Below, piece after piece: positions 42,201 to 55,700 of a stretch of DNA of 64,000 bases; positions within the stretch are counted from its first letter, which is position 1; each line of letters starts with the position of its first letter. The notes under the pieces were generated by a model. It searched no databases. It worked only from the letters and a program-made list of their open reading frames with translations, and was not told the origin of the DNA. The stretch spans positions 6,096,008-6,160,007 of the forward strand of contig NW_002060943.1 in the NCBI RefSeq assembly GCF_000150275.1, in the 5' to 3' direction. Position numbers and translations under genes: made by a program. Source of the DNA: Trichoplax adhaerens (lineage: Eukaryota; Animalia; Placozoa).

Positions 42201-45200
42201 ATTTATGTAGTGAATATGCGTTCGAGGAAGAATCTCATAATACTTTTTTATAAGTTCAAGTCAACTAGATACATCTGATAAATATTTCATTAGATTACTT
42301 GTCTAATATTAATGACAAGCTAAGCTACGTAATGTAAATATTCTATATTTAATAAACATCAAGTATAATTATGCACGATATCAGTCAGTAAATAGTGAAG
42401 TTGTCATATAAGATCTGCGCCCCGTAATGTTATTTTGCCCTATCTACGCGAACTAGAAAGATAAATTTATTTAAGAATCTGAGAATGGTGTTGGTGCACC
42501 TAAGTTATTACAAGAAAAGCGACTTTATCTATATAAAATTTACGATATCTTTAGCGAAAAATCGAAATAACCCTCAAATGAAGGTATGTAATTGTTGCCT
42601 TGGAAGCTCTATCAATTGATGTCTACAATTACTATATATAAGACAATATTTTCTTCTTATTCGCAAAACTGATCAGCAAGAAGCCTTATTCGTAGTAATC
42701 GTTAGGAAAATGTTATCTAAGATATTATAAGTTAGCTGCGTAATGAAAAATTAGATTACTATGTGAGATTTATATACTGTGTGAAGTGATCGAAGGTACG
42801 CTAGATACCGTCATAATACATATTAATAGGCAATACATACCCCAACTGTTATTGGAACATAAATATGGGAAGGGTAAGTATCGCATAAGGAATAGTTGTA
42901 ATTTAAAGCGCTTAACCACCATTTATTGCTAAGAAGTAGCTAAATAATGGGTAAATTAATAAAGGATTAACGGTTAGCTGCGTCCACCATTTCTATTGCT
43001 ATGTCGAAATCACTATTCCAGACTTACTTTCTGCCGTTCAACTTCCTTCATGGTGTCATAACAGTTCCAATGGCTTAAAGTTAACTCTTTCTTTTTTAAT
43101 TCATAATAACTGAAACATCATCATTATGAGAACATTCAGTTATTTATTTATATATACCGTGTTGGCTAACTATACTGATAGCAAGAAAAATGCACCCAAT
43201 TCCAATTACTAACGATAGCAGCCTAATGAGAATTGTTGTACTCACCTTAGAAAGGATAGTGTAGGCGGCATGAAAATTGAATTGCTAATATGATAACACA
43301 ATCGTTCATAAAGTACACAAAAGTAAAAGTGTTGAGCGCTAGTAAAGAGATTGCAAAAAGAAATTCGATATTGAATTAGGATTTTAATACCAATTTATGT
43401 ATGCGGTAAAGAAAATACAATATAATTGAATTATTCTAACACTAAATACAGAAACTATAAATATAGAAAAAATATTAACAAACTTCGAAAATGTCCTTGA
43501 AGTAAATTCGTTGACTTTAGCATTAGCATACGCTAAGGCATCATTTGCTCGGTTGCGAATAATATCCATAAAGCCTGCCACTGAACGAGACTGCTTAACT
43601 GGTGCAGCTGTAGGGGCGTTACCTTTATTCGACCTAATTTGAACGAAATCTGAATTAAGATCCATCTTAACATTGAACTGGTCTGTTTCATGCTTTTTTG
43701 GATCAATAGTATTAGTTAATGGTGCGTTATCTTGGCAATCTCCATCATCACTTTCCTTAGATGTAAGGTCTTTACGGTCTCCATCAAGGTCCGATTCATC
43801 ATTTGCGTTACTATGAATAACTTGGCAGGCCTCAGTGATAGAACTATCTTCAACAATTACCTCAGGTGCTGTTTTAGCTTGGCTATTAACCGGAACTTCT
43901 TTTTCATTTTCATTAACATCATTACTGATAATCGGTAAAGACTTACTGTTTTCCGATACCTCAAATGCAATGCCATCACTAGCATCATCACCTTGATCAA
44001 TAGAATCTTGATGGTAATCATCAATTTTGTCGCCATCAATCGATTCCTCCTCATCACTTCCAGCTCTTGATTCATCACCATACCTAAGCTCATCATTTTC
44101 GCTAATGTCAAAATAAATACTGCTACTAGATCCCGATTTTGATAGGTTGGAAACGGCTAGATGATTTCGTTTCTTTTTCGATTTGCCACTTAAAAATGAA
44201 AATCTCACAGCCCGAAAATCAGCGCAACGGATATATAACGATTTAGCTTCTGAGTGAGCGATACTACCAGATAATGATCTCTCATAGACCTAGATAATTG
44301 ACATAGGAATATCGATATTAAATAGTTTATAAATTGGTAAAATAATTTTATTATCTAAATATCTAAGCATACAGGTATCTAAAAGCTTATAACTGACCTT
44401 TTCGTCGTCTCCTTTTTCAACGGAAGTAATCATGTTAATTGGAATAAACATCGACAAATCCTTATAGGAATATATAACATTAATCAGCAGCTAATTTTCA
44501 CTATACGCTATTTCCTCATTTGTTTTGCATAAATATCAGTGGGGTGCAGAAAATTATTGTAATTTATAGGCTATTCGTACAATACTTACTGTCCCTTCAG
44601 AAGATTTTTGAGATGCCGCTGCCGCTTGCCAAATAAAAATTAGCCTAAAATTATACGTACTATATTAAATAAATTGTTTCAATACAAGGGTAATATTACT
44701 AGATATGCCCTTCAAATTACCTTACAACTGAATGAAGCTTAGAAATTCGTAATATTAAATGCAATCTCTTACCAAATTGATTTAAAAATATTACCTAAAA
44801 TTAGTCAAAAATAATTGACCAATTCCGCGTTGTTTAGCAACTTCAATTACAACGTTATTGAACATCATTTCTATCTGTTCAGCATCTCCTACAGTTGTAA
44901 AAGTACTAATTTACTTCGATTGAAAAATTTATAAGCAGGCGAAATATTCCATGAAAATAAAATTTAAGTCAATACCTGGAAAGTCAATAATGTTATCTCC
45001 ACATAGAAACGGTAACTCGAACTGAGGAATTCTTTTGCAGATATTGTGTAATTCTTCATTTAGATACCAGTCTTCAACAGGCTATTCAGATAGGTATTCA
45101 AAGTAAATTTGATTAATACGGTAATATAAAATCATCAATCCCTTAATTATAACTGAGAATATTGCAATCTAGACGAACCTTCACATCAGTAATTGACAAT

Positions 45201-47840
45201 TCCAGATGAATTTCGCCGCTTACAATATCTTTCGGATTTATTCGGCCCAAAGTAAACCATGCATTCAATGGCTTACTTGTTATAAATGCTAATGGAATCA
45301 TTACTCGCCCCATAAAGTCATCATAATTTAAGCGATCCTGAGTACATTATTAAACAAGTAGATAAAAAAATAAGCTAATGCAACATATTTGATATCAAAG
45401 CAACAACCATACGTATCGAAACTAGTCGTACAGAAAATAAATTATTTTTAAAGATCGATCAATAGCAGATTTATTGAAATTTTTTACATAGTCGTCGATG
45501 GTTGAAGATATACGTATAAACTACTGTACAATGCTAGCATGAATAACATAATAAAAAATAAAATTTTTTAGCATTACCTTATCCCAAATATCCAGTTGAA
45601 CATAGTGAACCATAAACGATGAGTTTTTATTACCAGACAGAGCTGTTTGATCTCGATCGATATGTGGTAAATGAACAATTTCAAATTTCATGGCTTGAAG
45701 CCATTTAGGATTTAAGGTGTTGCTTTCAGTTTTTGTTCTCTCCTCATTATTACCAACTGTTACGATGCAGTATGGATCTGCTTTCCCATTGGAGTCTTTT
45801 GGTTGTAGATTTCGACATTCAATAACTATAATAGAACCAACACGGTAAAATTAACTTCGAAAATTCTCAAAACCTACAGTAGTATCGCTATCCAATTGTA
45901 TAGACTTCACATCATCATCGTAATATGCAGTATTAACCTACTATAACACTAGTATAAGCATTTTATTTGTAAGCCGATCAATAGTAATCTTATCTATTGT
46001 CACCGCTCTTACTTAGAATTTTGATAATTAATTTCAAAAGATATCATATAAAACTTAAAATAATCCTCAATTAAAAGAACATAGATCTTCACACCATTCC
46101 GCTAAGTTATAGTGAGAATAATTAGACACTGCTATCTCGTAAATTAATCAGCCACAGCTAAGCGTGCGACACTAACGCTATGACCATCTGTTTGGCCAAT
46201 ATGGCAATAATATATATGAAGTATAAGTTTGTAATCCTGGAGGCTGTTAATATCAATCGTAACTGTAGAGAAGAAAATGTCAAACTGATCTTAGTACAGA
46301 ATGATAACTGAAGGCCTAATCCTAACTATACATTTGTTGATGTCACTAAATTAGTAGAGTATAAGTTCGTAATGAGTAATGTAGTCATTCTCTAAATTAT
46401 ATGTAAAGATACAACAGAACTATGGCTAGATAATAACTGCTATTCCTGTTAGAAAATAGTAAAAAATGACCATTACGAGTCATCTTAACAATACCAAGCG
46501 TTAATATATTAGTATAGCTATATATCCTGGTTATTTTTACCATTCACTGTTAGCATGGACGCATTGCTGCCAGATCTCTTGGTAAATGCCAACAGACCGC
46601 TTTGGAGATCAGAACAATCTTCAGTTGCAGATACTTTTCGAGGAGATGGCTTACGTTTAACACCTTTCATATCTAGACCAATGCTACTTATGTTTCTAAA
46701 GCATTACAGTAAAAGAATTATTAATTATCAATATCTGGTAGCCATTGTCTAACTGTAGCGGACGGTAGTATTAAATTAATTATCTTCAATCAGTTGATTT
46801 CACGAAAATGATTTTTAAGGATTGAAGCATGAATTTTATAGCGACAAATGAGAAATGCTTGAAGTTATACCTACGGGTAAGTACGTAAAAGAGAATGATA
46901 CCGTAAATAAATCTTGTTAAATGTAAATTAATTTTCATGAATGGGGTATTGTGCGTACAATACAGTATAAAGTACAGACGTATTTTGTACAGTATATTCG
47001 GCATTTGCACACTATACATGAATTCTATATCGTACCGTATCATGACTTTCTGCTTACGAACGTTGCTATTAATATCCGGTAGACATTCGACAGATAGGGC
47101 ATATACCAGATAGACTTAGTTAAGGTTAGAGCTAGTATTAGTGCTAGGGTTAGAGCTAGAGTTAGGGTTCGTGCTACGGTTAGAGCTGGAGTTAGGGTTA
47201 AATACGAACTTCAAGAATGCATTTTATTATTTGGCTTTAGAGAAATTTGTAATCAATTACTATAATTTTGTATTGTTTACAATTAAATTTTGTATCCTAT
47301 ACGTATTTAATTACCTAGATTGTTATTTATTATTAAGAAAGCTACTGATTACTGCAATCTGTCACATTCAAGAATCTAAATTACCATAAATACAGTAACT
47401 AGTATTAAGGTACTGAGGTTTCACTTATTATATGGGTAGTATAATTGGGGTGGTGCAATTATTCTCTTATATTGTGCCATAGTATATGAATTTAAATGTA
47501 ATACAGCTTTATATCCACCTAATGGGAAAACTGCTACATGCAGGACCCTATCAGACATCTTCAGTATAATATAGATCAGCATGGCTGTCTAATGAATTCG
47601 AAATTAACGTACTGTACAATGTACATTATAGTCTGTAATACAGCTAATATTGTCAAGACAATAATCGGAATGACCGGTTGTATAATATTATATTATGAAA
47701 CGTTTCACATAAGTAAATGAATGACTTTGATAGCCTAATAATAGGAATGCAGATGATTTCAACTATCTATTTATATATCATTTTACGTATACTTACAGAG
47801 CTTTACCCAAAGCAGCGTGAATATTCTTCTTTGAAGCCAT
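39281..47840 (-). CDS. myotubularin-related phosphoinositide 3-phosphatase with N-terminal C2 domain, PH-GRAM, active PTP domain and C-terminal FYVE
   Basis: Probable first coding exon [15 protein letters not shown] (ATG 47840) splices in frame to exon 46542-46697. C2 exons 45578-45826 and 45178-45337; GRAM exons ~44200-45080 ([12 protein letters not shown]). PTP domain: [59 protein letters not shown] (~40860-40940), [40 protein letters not shown]...[18 protein letters not shown]...RVCDQC; stop TAA at 39281-39283. Confidence 0.92.
47120..47200 (+). repeat. degenerate telomere-like (TTAGGG-related) hexamer array, 13 units
   Basis: TTAAGG TTAGAG CTAGTA TTAGTG CTAGGG TTAGAG CTAGAG TTAGGG TTCGTG CTACGG TTAGAG CTGGAG TTAGGG; located in an intron of the myotubularin gene. 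Confidence 0.8.
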
Positions 47841-49054
47841 TCCGTATGTGACAATCTGTTAACAGAGTCACATGATATTAAATACGAGTACTGTTATATA
47901 AAATGCGAATCTCCAGTAATTTAATTATGTTCATCACTACGTCGTAGCACTCAGGTTAAATATCTCAATCATGCTTAAAGTATGAAAATATCAATTCATT
48001 GAAACTGTTCTGTAATCTTAGAATTATGACTGTACTGTACATTCGTAAACATGAGAGATATAAATTGTGTAAACTTATCCATTTGATACCGTTGCATCAA
48101 TAAATTCGCTCTCTCCTGGGGATAATCAAAAGTATTCAAGGTCATAAATAAATTTTATGCAAAGAAAGCGATAAAGTGATTCATAGTAAAGCCTATGATA
48201 GAAGTCGTATTTACATATTCATACCGTGATTAATGGAATTAACCAATTAACAGTAAATATTCTAAGTCTGCAGATATTGTAATATAACAATCCACAAATA
48301 GTGACCCTGAGAGATTCAACGATCTCCTCTATAATATCCTATGTGCTGTATAGCTCAAGAACATGACTTCCGTTCAAGAATAGTACAGGTATGTGGTAAG
48401 TAAAACAAAACATACGTATTGCGCATAATTTGATCTTCGATCAAAGGATGGATCAAAATTATTCATGTAACAACATTTTCGAACCATTTAGACTATTACG
48501 TTAATGAAACTTTCTGCAGTCATTTTAACCATTGTTGGATGAAATATATCATTATTAAATGAGACAAGTTAGACAAGTCAAAGATCAAATGCATAACAAG
48601 ATAACGTTTAGGTCTAGGTGTAGCTCTAATCGTGGATATTAATGTTGTAAAAGAGAAATTAAATGCTACATCATGAATGATTCCCTTGTAGTTCCGGCGA
48701 TAGCTGGTGAAAATGCATACGTATGCAACGTGCCTGTCAGGCTGCGACTGTACATTTACTTTTTCGAGCATGCACTTGTTGCATAGCTAATTGTATAAAT
48801 GCAGCTATCGATAGCAAACTGCTGCTTTGTAAACAAACATGGAGCCTACCTGCTCGAAGCCCACGAATTATCTGGTATATGGCTAGAAATGCCTGAGCTA
48901 ACCATCCAATGGTTATTCAATGAAAGATGAAACTTTCTGACTCAAGCAGGAACTTCTCAAGTCCCTCATTGCATCGTGTCACTTTTACCGTATTACAGTA
49001 ATAAGAAAGCATCAAAACAACAAATCTTGATGAATAAATAAAGAACTCTCCAAA

Positions 49055-49184
49055 CCTATTGAATTTACCGATTATATTATACTGCACTAATCCTATTGAA
49101 TTTACCGATTATACTGTATTATACTGTACTTTAGCTCCTAGTACTGTACCGTACTTGGACAGTTAGCGGTCAGTTAGCGGTCAG
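49055..49184. promoter_or_regulatory. short direct repeats and TACTGTA motifs in the myotubularin/choline-kinase divergent promoter region
   Basis: CCTATTGAATTTACCGATTAT x2 (~49055, ~49092), TACTGTA x3, CAGTTAGCGGT x2 (~49160-49181). Confidence 0.45.
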
Positions 49185-49582
49185 CCTTATCCCACTGGTT
49201 TAAAATGTGTCATTTACTATGCAAATTGCCAAATGCCATGCTGTATGGACTGAGTCTGTGCAGTATCGAGTAGTATAGTGTTTCTTTTTACATTTTAGAG
49301 CTTGATAGTTTTGTATGTAGGGAAAGTGCAATCATGACGACGTAAATATTCAAGCCGTACAGCACACACACACGACACCGGATTTAGCTGAATGAACAAG
49401 CTAAGAGCGGAGTAAGCAGGATGCTACAGTAGATTTACAGAAACCAAGGTTGATTTCCTGGCACAAATTTGGTCATAATTTTATGTTCATTACTTCTAAT
49501 ACACGCCAGCGGCAATATTACCCTTTAGGTAGCAATATAGAAGGAGTTGTGAGATATAAGTTACTATCATTGTACTCGCGCT

Positions 49583-52268
49583 ATGGCGGAAACCAATGAT
49601 GCTTTAGTCGCTGTAGGCAAGGAAAATGTTCTTAACTACTGTAAACAAGTTATTGGAGGTATTTGGGAAAAAGCTGATTTAACTAACGTACAATTTGAGA
49701 CGGTCAGGTAAGCATATACAATTATACAATAAATAAGAGTGACTAAAATGAAAGCATATGCACTGTGTAATATAGATAACAGCCATGCTATTTTGAATTA
49801 GTTGTAACCATTAAAGAAACAGTTCATTCCCACCCTATAATTCAGCAGACAATACCATACAGTATAGCAATGAATTAACCGATGTACAATACCAAGTTGC
49901 TAAGATAGCGGTTTGTGATAATTTTGAATGCCTTTAAATCTATACAGTATTTGCAAAATTAATTCTGCTAAGCATGTAACTTAAACTTGTATATGCTTCG
50001 ATAAACTGAGTGATACAGTCGGAACTCAAACTCATTGAATCCTCTAGAAGATTACACTATATGAAGACGCAGAATATTATATTCGTATTCATAGTACCAT
50101 TATGGTACTGTATTGGATTGTCATTCAAACTTTGTACACCCGGTAAACACAAAAAAACTTCCAATAACTTGACTGTTTGAAAATTAAATCACTTTACTGT
50201 AGTGGAGGACTATCAAATTATCTCTACGTGTGCAGACTATCAGAAAATTTGCAATCGACCAATAATAATGAACCTGAAAAGGTACTGATTAGAGTCTATG
50301 GAGAAACAGCCGCCAAGGGCCAACTTTTACTGCAAGAGTCAGTAATAGTTTCGTTACTGGGTGAAATAAAACTAGCTCCGAAGATATATGGATTCTTTCC
50401 TGGTGGTCGATTTGAAGAATTTCTTAATGTAACGACAAGACTTAAATTTGTAAATTTTTTAACTTAGTAATGTCAGTATGGGATGCATAACACATGCCAC
50501 AGTGTATTTGCCGCAAACCCATGTATTTTACAATATATTTGTACATTGTGTTAACTTGCTTGAATGGAATCATTTCAGGTTCATTTTTAGTTTACTGTAT
50601 GACATTATATTATGTATACTCACATAATCTTGTTGCTCATCAATAATACTTACCTGTAATAAAGGGAAGAACGTTAAAGACTAGCGAACTACAACTTCAG
50701 AATGTTTCAGAGAAAATGGCGGTCTGTTTCGCAAATTTGCATCAGGCATGCATGCCAATTTCTAAGAAACCAACCTGGTCCTCTGATTTTATAGACCGGT
50801 ATGACGGAAAATAATTTGTTTACTATAATGACGTACCAGGCAAAGCATGATACCCTAATACCGTTTAAATATCATATTTAAATCGTATTTTACTTGTTCC
50901 AAATATAATTTGACATTAAATTGTGTCCATTTTAGTCTATTTGATTCTGCAACTACCATAACATTTAATGACAAAAATAAACAAGCTAGATATGAAGAAA
51001 TTTTATCCTATGACCTTGCTGCCCGGAGAGACGAAATTCGGTTAGGATTTTATTACTTTATGAATTTGAATGTGTAAAATTATCCTGTTTGTAGACAGCT
51101 CGTTCTGATCATATATTGATCATACTCTTACATTTTAGGGATATTCTACAAGCGTGCAATTCGGAGGCATGCTTCTGCCATAATGACCTGCAAGAAAGTG
51201 TGTATAGTATAATTATGGTCTCTGATATTAAAGGCTAAAATCTAAGAATGATTTGAATCAAATACATATTTTCTAATAGATAATATCATCGTGTGTGGAG
51301 ATCCAACATCAGCTGATGCTTCGTTTCATTGCATAGACTTTGAATATGGCGGCTATAACTACAGGTGCTAGTCAACCTACATTTTCCATAATAAATCAAA
51401 AAATAATCTTGTTCAATAAAGTGTAAGCTATAAGATTCAAAATTTACTAATTTGAAACTATGTATGACTTAAAACACTACTTTATTCTGAATTAATTCAG
51501 TGCTTTCGATCTTGCAAATTACTTTTGCGAATGGTGCTACGATTACAATTGCGATAAGCCTCCTTACTTCACATATTGCTTGGACGACTATCCTTCAGAC
51601 AAGCAACAGGTAGGAGATTGTGGCTTTATCCCAGCTTCTGTAAACCAATTTCCTATTAAAATTATATCAGATACCCTTACATGGTACTATTGCATTTCTT
51701 TAGATACATTTTCTTTCATGCTACCTAAAAAAGCAATATCAGTTAAAGAAAGTTCTAGTAGACGAAAAGACCCTATCTTCGGAGCTAAGAAAATTACAAT
51801 TGGAAGTTAACAGGTTAACAAGATCTCGATCTTGGTTCTAGAATATTCTTGTATTATTCATTTCAAATACGAAATCTTTCATATAATAATTGAAAAATGC
51901 AATTGATCTTACTAGGTTAGCCCTAGCTTCTCATCTTCTTTGGACTATCTGGGCCTGTGTTCAAGCAAAAATGTCAAACATAGAGTTTGGATATTTGGTA
52001 AGTGTGACGGTCTTGCGGTCGACCAGACGATTGTAGCTATTTTTGTAATTTTTTACTATTGTCGCTGCTTGAAATAAATTGAATGAATCGTTGCTTGTGT
52101 GCGTCATCACTAATAACTTTTACATGATTCTAGCTATAAATGGTGATCAACAAACATCAATATTTATATTATAAATATATTTTATTGTTGGTTGCAAATA
52201 TATAGGAATATTCTCTTGCCCGTTTAAAGGGTTATATGAGACAGAAAAATAGACCAAATCTGTGGTAA
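49583..52268 (+). CDS. CHK: choline/ethanolamine kinase (CHKA/CHKB family), ~11 exons
   Basis: SGGLSNYLYVC, EPEKVLIRVYG, LAPKIYGFFPGGRFEEF, Brenner motif CFCHNDLQENNII, choline kinase motif IDFEYGGYNYSAFDLANYFCEW, LASHLLWTIWA..Q..MSNIEFGYLEYSLAR. Stop TAA at 52266-52268. Confidence 0.93.
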
Positions 52269-52720
52269 CGGAATTACAATAACTTTAATCTATGGGCTCG
52301 TTTATTTAGAGGAAGACATTTGAAGTCTCAAGTTCTAATTTCATGGATAGTTCGGCTATAAAATTATGACTATAGGCGATCTTATGATTGAATACTAACT
52401 ATAAATAACATCAATTGCGCTCTCACAATAGATTTTTAATCAGTGTTTCTAATAATGCTCTAAAATAACATTCATAACTGTTAACGGATTTTAAATTGTT
52501 GTAATAACTAATTAATATCTTTTATATGTTACGTATGAATTTAATTTTTTGTTAATGACTTATAGCGATCACCTTTCATAAATAGAAACTAACAAATCTT
52601 TTCAGTCATTACTATTTACCATTCTAAAATTTTTTATCTGCTTTTACAACAAAGTGCATCTTTCTGTATATATTTTTAAAGGGACAGATGGTTATTACAA
52701 ACAATCGGTGGAAATTATTC

Positions 52721-55700
52721 TTATTTCAAAGGGTTCGAGTGCGATAATAAAGTTTTTATTGAGTTACTGTAATCGTCTTTAAGGTATTGCAAATATACTT
52801 TCAAGCTTGCTTCGTCGAGCTTGCTGTTATGAGCCGTTTGTATTAAAAGAGCACCCAATCTAAAGGTAGCTTTTTCCTCGTAGCTTTTTCTATCGATCTT
52901 ATCACACTGAAATGAAATAAAAAGAAAAATAGCCATGTAATATTTTTGTGTAATTTTTCTGCCACTATTTCTGCGAGACGTGTTATTCTACAATTGCTTA
53001 CCTTCTCCTTTTTATCTGCTAATACTTTGCATATTTCTCTTGCCCTATTTACTACTTTCGGTGGCAGTGATGATAACTCTGCCAAGTTAATACCTGCTCG
53101 AATTAACAATAATAATTATATTATAAATCAATATCTGATCAGAATGTATAAATATCATGCATTTAGTTTGTCTATAATATGATAATAATTTATAACGAAA
53201 TCAATTATAAATTCTTTGATCAAATTCGATTACACCCAGGATGATATAAACCTATTCCAGAACACGCATCAAATCACAAGCATACAAAAAGAATGTATGT
53301 CTAATACGATATTGTACTGTAAATCTGACATCATAGACATGTTCTTTCTAAGTATTTAGCGCAGTATTACATCTTGGTACAGCTGCTGAGTAAAAAGTCT
53401 TACCGTAATATTTTTCTACGGTTCTATCGGGGGCTAAAATATGAGTATATTGCAACTTATAAGCATTGAGATTGTCCTTTATATGCTATCAAACAATTCA
53501 TAGAATTTAAGAATTGTTTTGATCCCTTTAGCATAATATGAATTTAGAAACAAAAGGCACCAATTTAATAGATTCATTTATTTATAAAGGTCACCTGTAC
53601 TTCTAAATGATAGCTGGAAGGCATCCAAGTTGTTTCATTAGTGGTGCAATAAACATATCTTAAAATTATAAGTCACATTGATCCGAGCACGAACAAATAG
53701 ATTAAAGCATTACTTATCAACATTTGGATAGAGATCTTCTAATTGACAGATTTCAAGGAAATGTGTTGATGTAACTGTAAATGCCTGTCGCGAAATACTA
53801 ATAATTAAATTACAGAAGCAAAAAAATAGGCTGATAGCTTCAAACTGCAGGTATTACTGTTTCGAGTTCATAAATCTATAAGAATTACTAACCTTTAATT
53901 GAAGGAAATATTCACATATTGCAAAACAAATGCCAATGCCATCCTCTGAAGCAGTTCCTTGACAAGAAATTTTTTAGTACTTTGATGTGATCATTTTATC
54001 AGTATGACCGGTGAAACTTAAATCATACCTTTACCAAGTTCATCAATTATAATAAGAGAGTGATTTGTAGCATTCTAGATGTAATTGAATGCATATTTAA
54101 CAACATGAATACATATGTACGCGTATATAATGAAAGTATTTACAACTTCTATATCCTTTAACCCATGGTGATTGAAGTAATAACTGATAATAAAAATAAC
54201 ATAAAATTTTAAAAGATATAGCGCAAATATGTGATTCACCTGCATGATGTAATTTACTTCCTTCATCTATATAAATATTGAAGATATCAAAATACAGTAC
54301 ATTTTGGAAACATTACACAACTTACATATCATACCGTACTCTCCAAAATCACAATACAAATATTAAGGTACTCATTATCAAGGCTAGTATAAGTTTAGAT
54401 GATTTAGAATGCATTGCATTCTACCTCTGCTGTAAAGGATGAACAATTCTCCTCCATACTACCGTCAACGGCAATTTTTGTAAAGATTTGATCAACTATG
54501 CGAAAAGTTGCACACGTAGCAGGAACATAAGCTCCTATTTGTGCCATAACTTGTAGAAGAGCCATTTGCTTTAGATAGACTGTTTTACCACTCTTCGGTC
54601 GTAGAAACATCGTTATTGATTTCAATAGTAACGATGATGTTTACAGAACGTAGAAAAATTGTGTACTGGTAGTATTGTAACAAGTGTCTTACAAATGAAA
54701 TTACTAAGAAAATTTAGCATATAAAACTTTGCTTACCATATTTGGTCCAGTAATTATAGCGAAATTATTTTCGTGAGACATATACTAGAAAATGAATAAC
54801 TACCGTTTAAGTAGGATACCAGTCATTAAGCATCTTCGTCATATTCTTACTATGTCATTGGCTACAGGTGGCACTACGGAAATAACATCTAGAATCGGGT
54901 GGCGACCATCTTTGATCGCAGTGGTATCGGAAAATGTCGGCCGAACTATTTAGGATCAAATTGTAGCTCTTAGGGAACAGAACTAAGGATTGTTCTTTAT
55001 TGGAATGGTAAGTTATTACAATGATAAAACAGTTACGCGAGTAAATTTTGGTTTATTCAGTCTTATTCTAACCGTTTCGACCATTTATAGCAGCAGAATA
55101 ACCAAGGCATAAAAGGAAGTCGAGCATAGCTATATTTTCGCTGAGATTATAAAGACTACTAACGTAGCTTTTCAAATTTGTGTAAAGTTGTGCTACGGAA
55201 CTAATTTGACAAAAATTCGCATAAAATTTTAAGCACTATTCACAGTAAATGAAGTAATTTACTGTGATCAAAATAATCTTGTACAATGGATCATCAGGTA
55301 CTATTCGCTGCTTACATGTTAGATAAAATGTAGATATCTTTTAACGTTTCATTGAGTCTTTCTATTAAAAAGAATAAGTAGAGTATATAGATCTGAAAAA
55401 GATGTTCATGGTGTACTCATAAAAACGTAAGTAGACAGCACATTTAGGTCTATCTAAGTAAGCAGTTATCCTATCTTCATAAAGTTGAAAAGCATCTGAC
55501 CGTTCATGTTTATCTAAAGGCAGCAGTTACAGAATTAGTAAAGCAGAAAAATTTTACATTAACATAATTATGAACACTAACATGATTAAAGGATCAAAGC
55601 AATGAAGATAACAGTCATAAATCAATATGGATTACGTAAGTACCAATTTTAAAGTTGAAAAAAAGTAAGTCTTCTTTTTCCTTGTAATTTTAATAAATTC

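Noticed and set aside
47141-47389. [22 protein letters not shown]...
   Set aside because: Translation artefact of the hexamer repeat, antisense within an intron.
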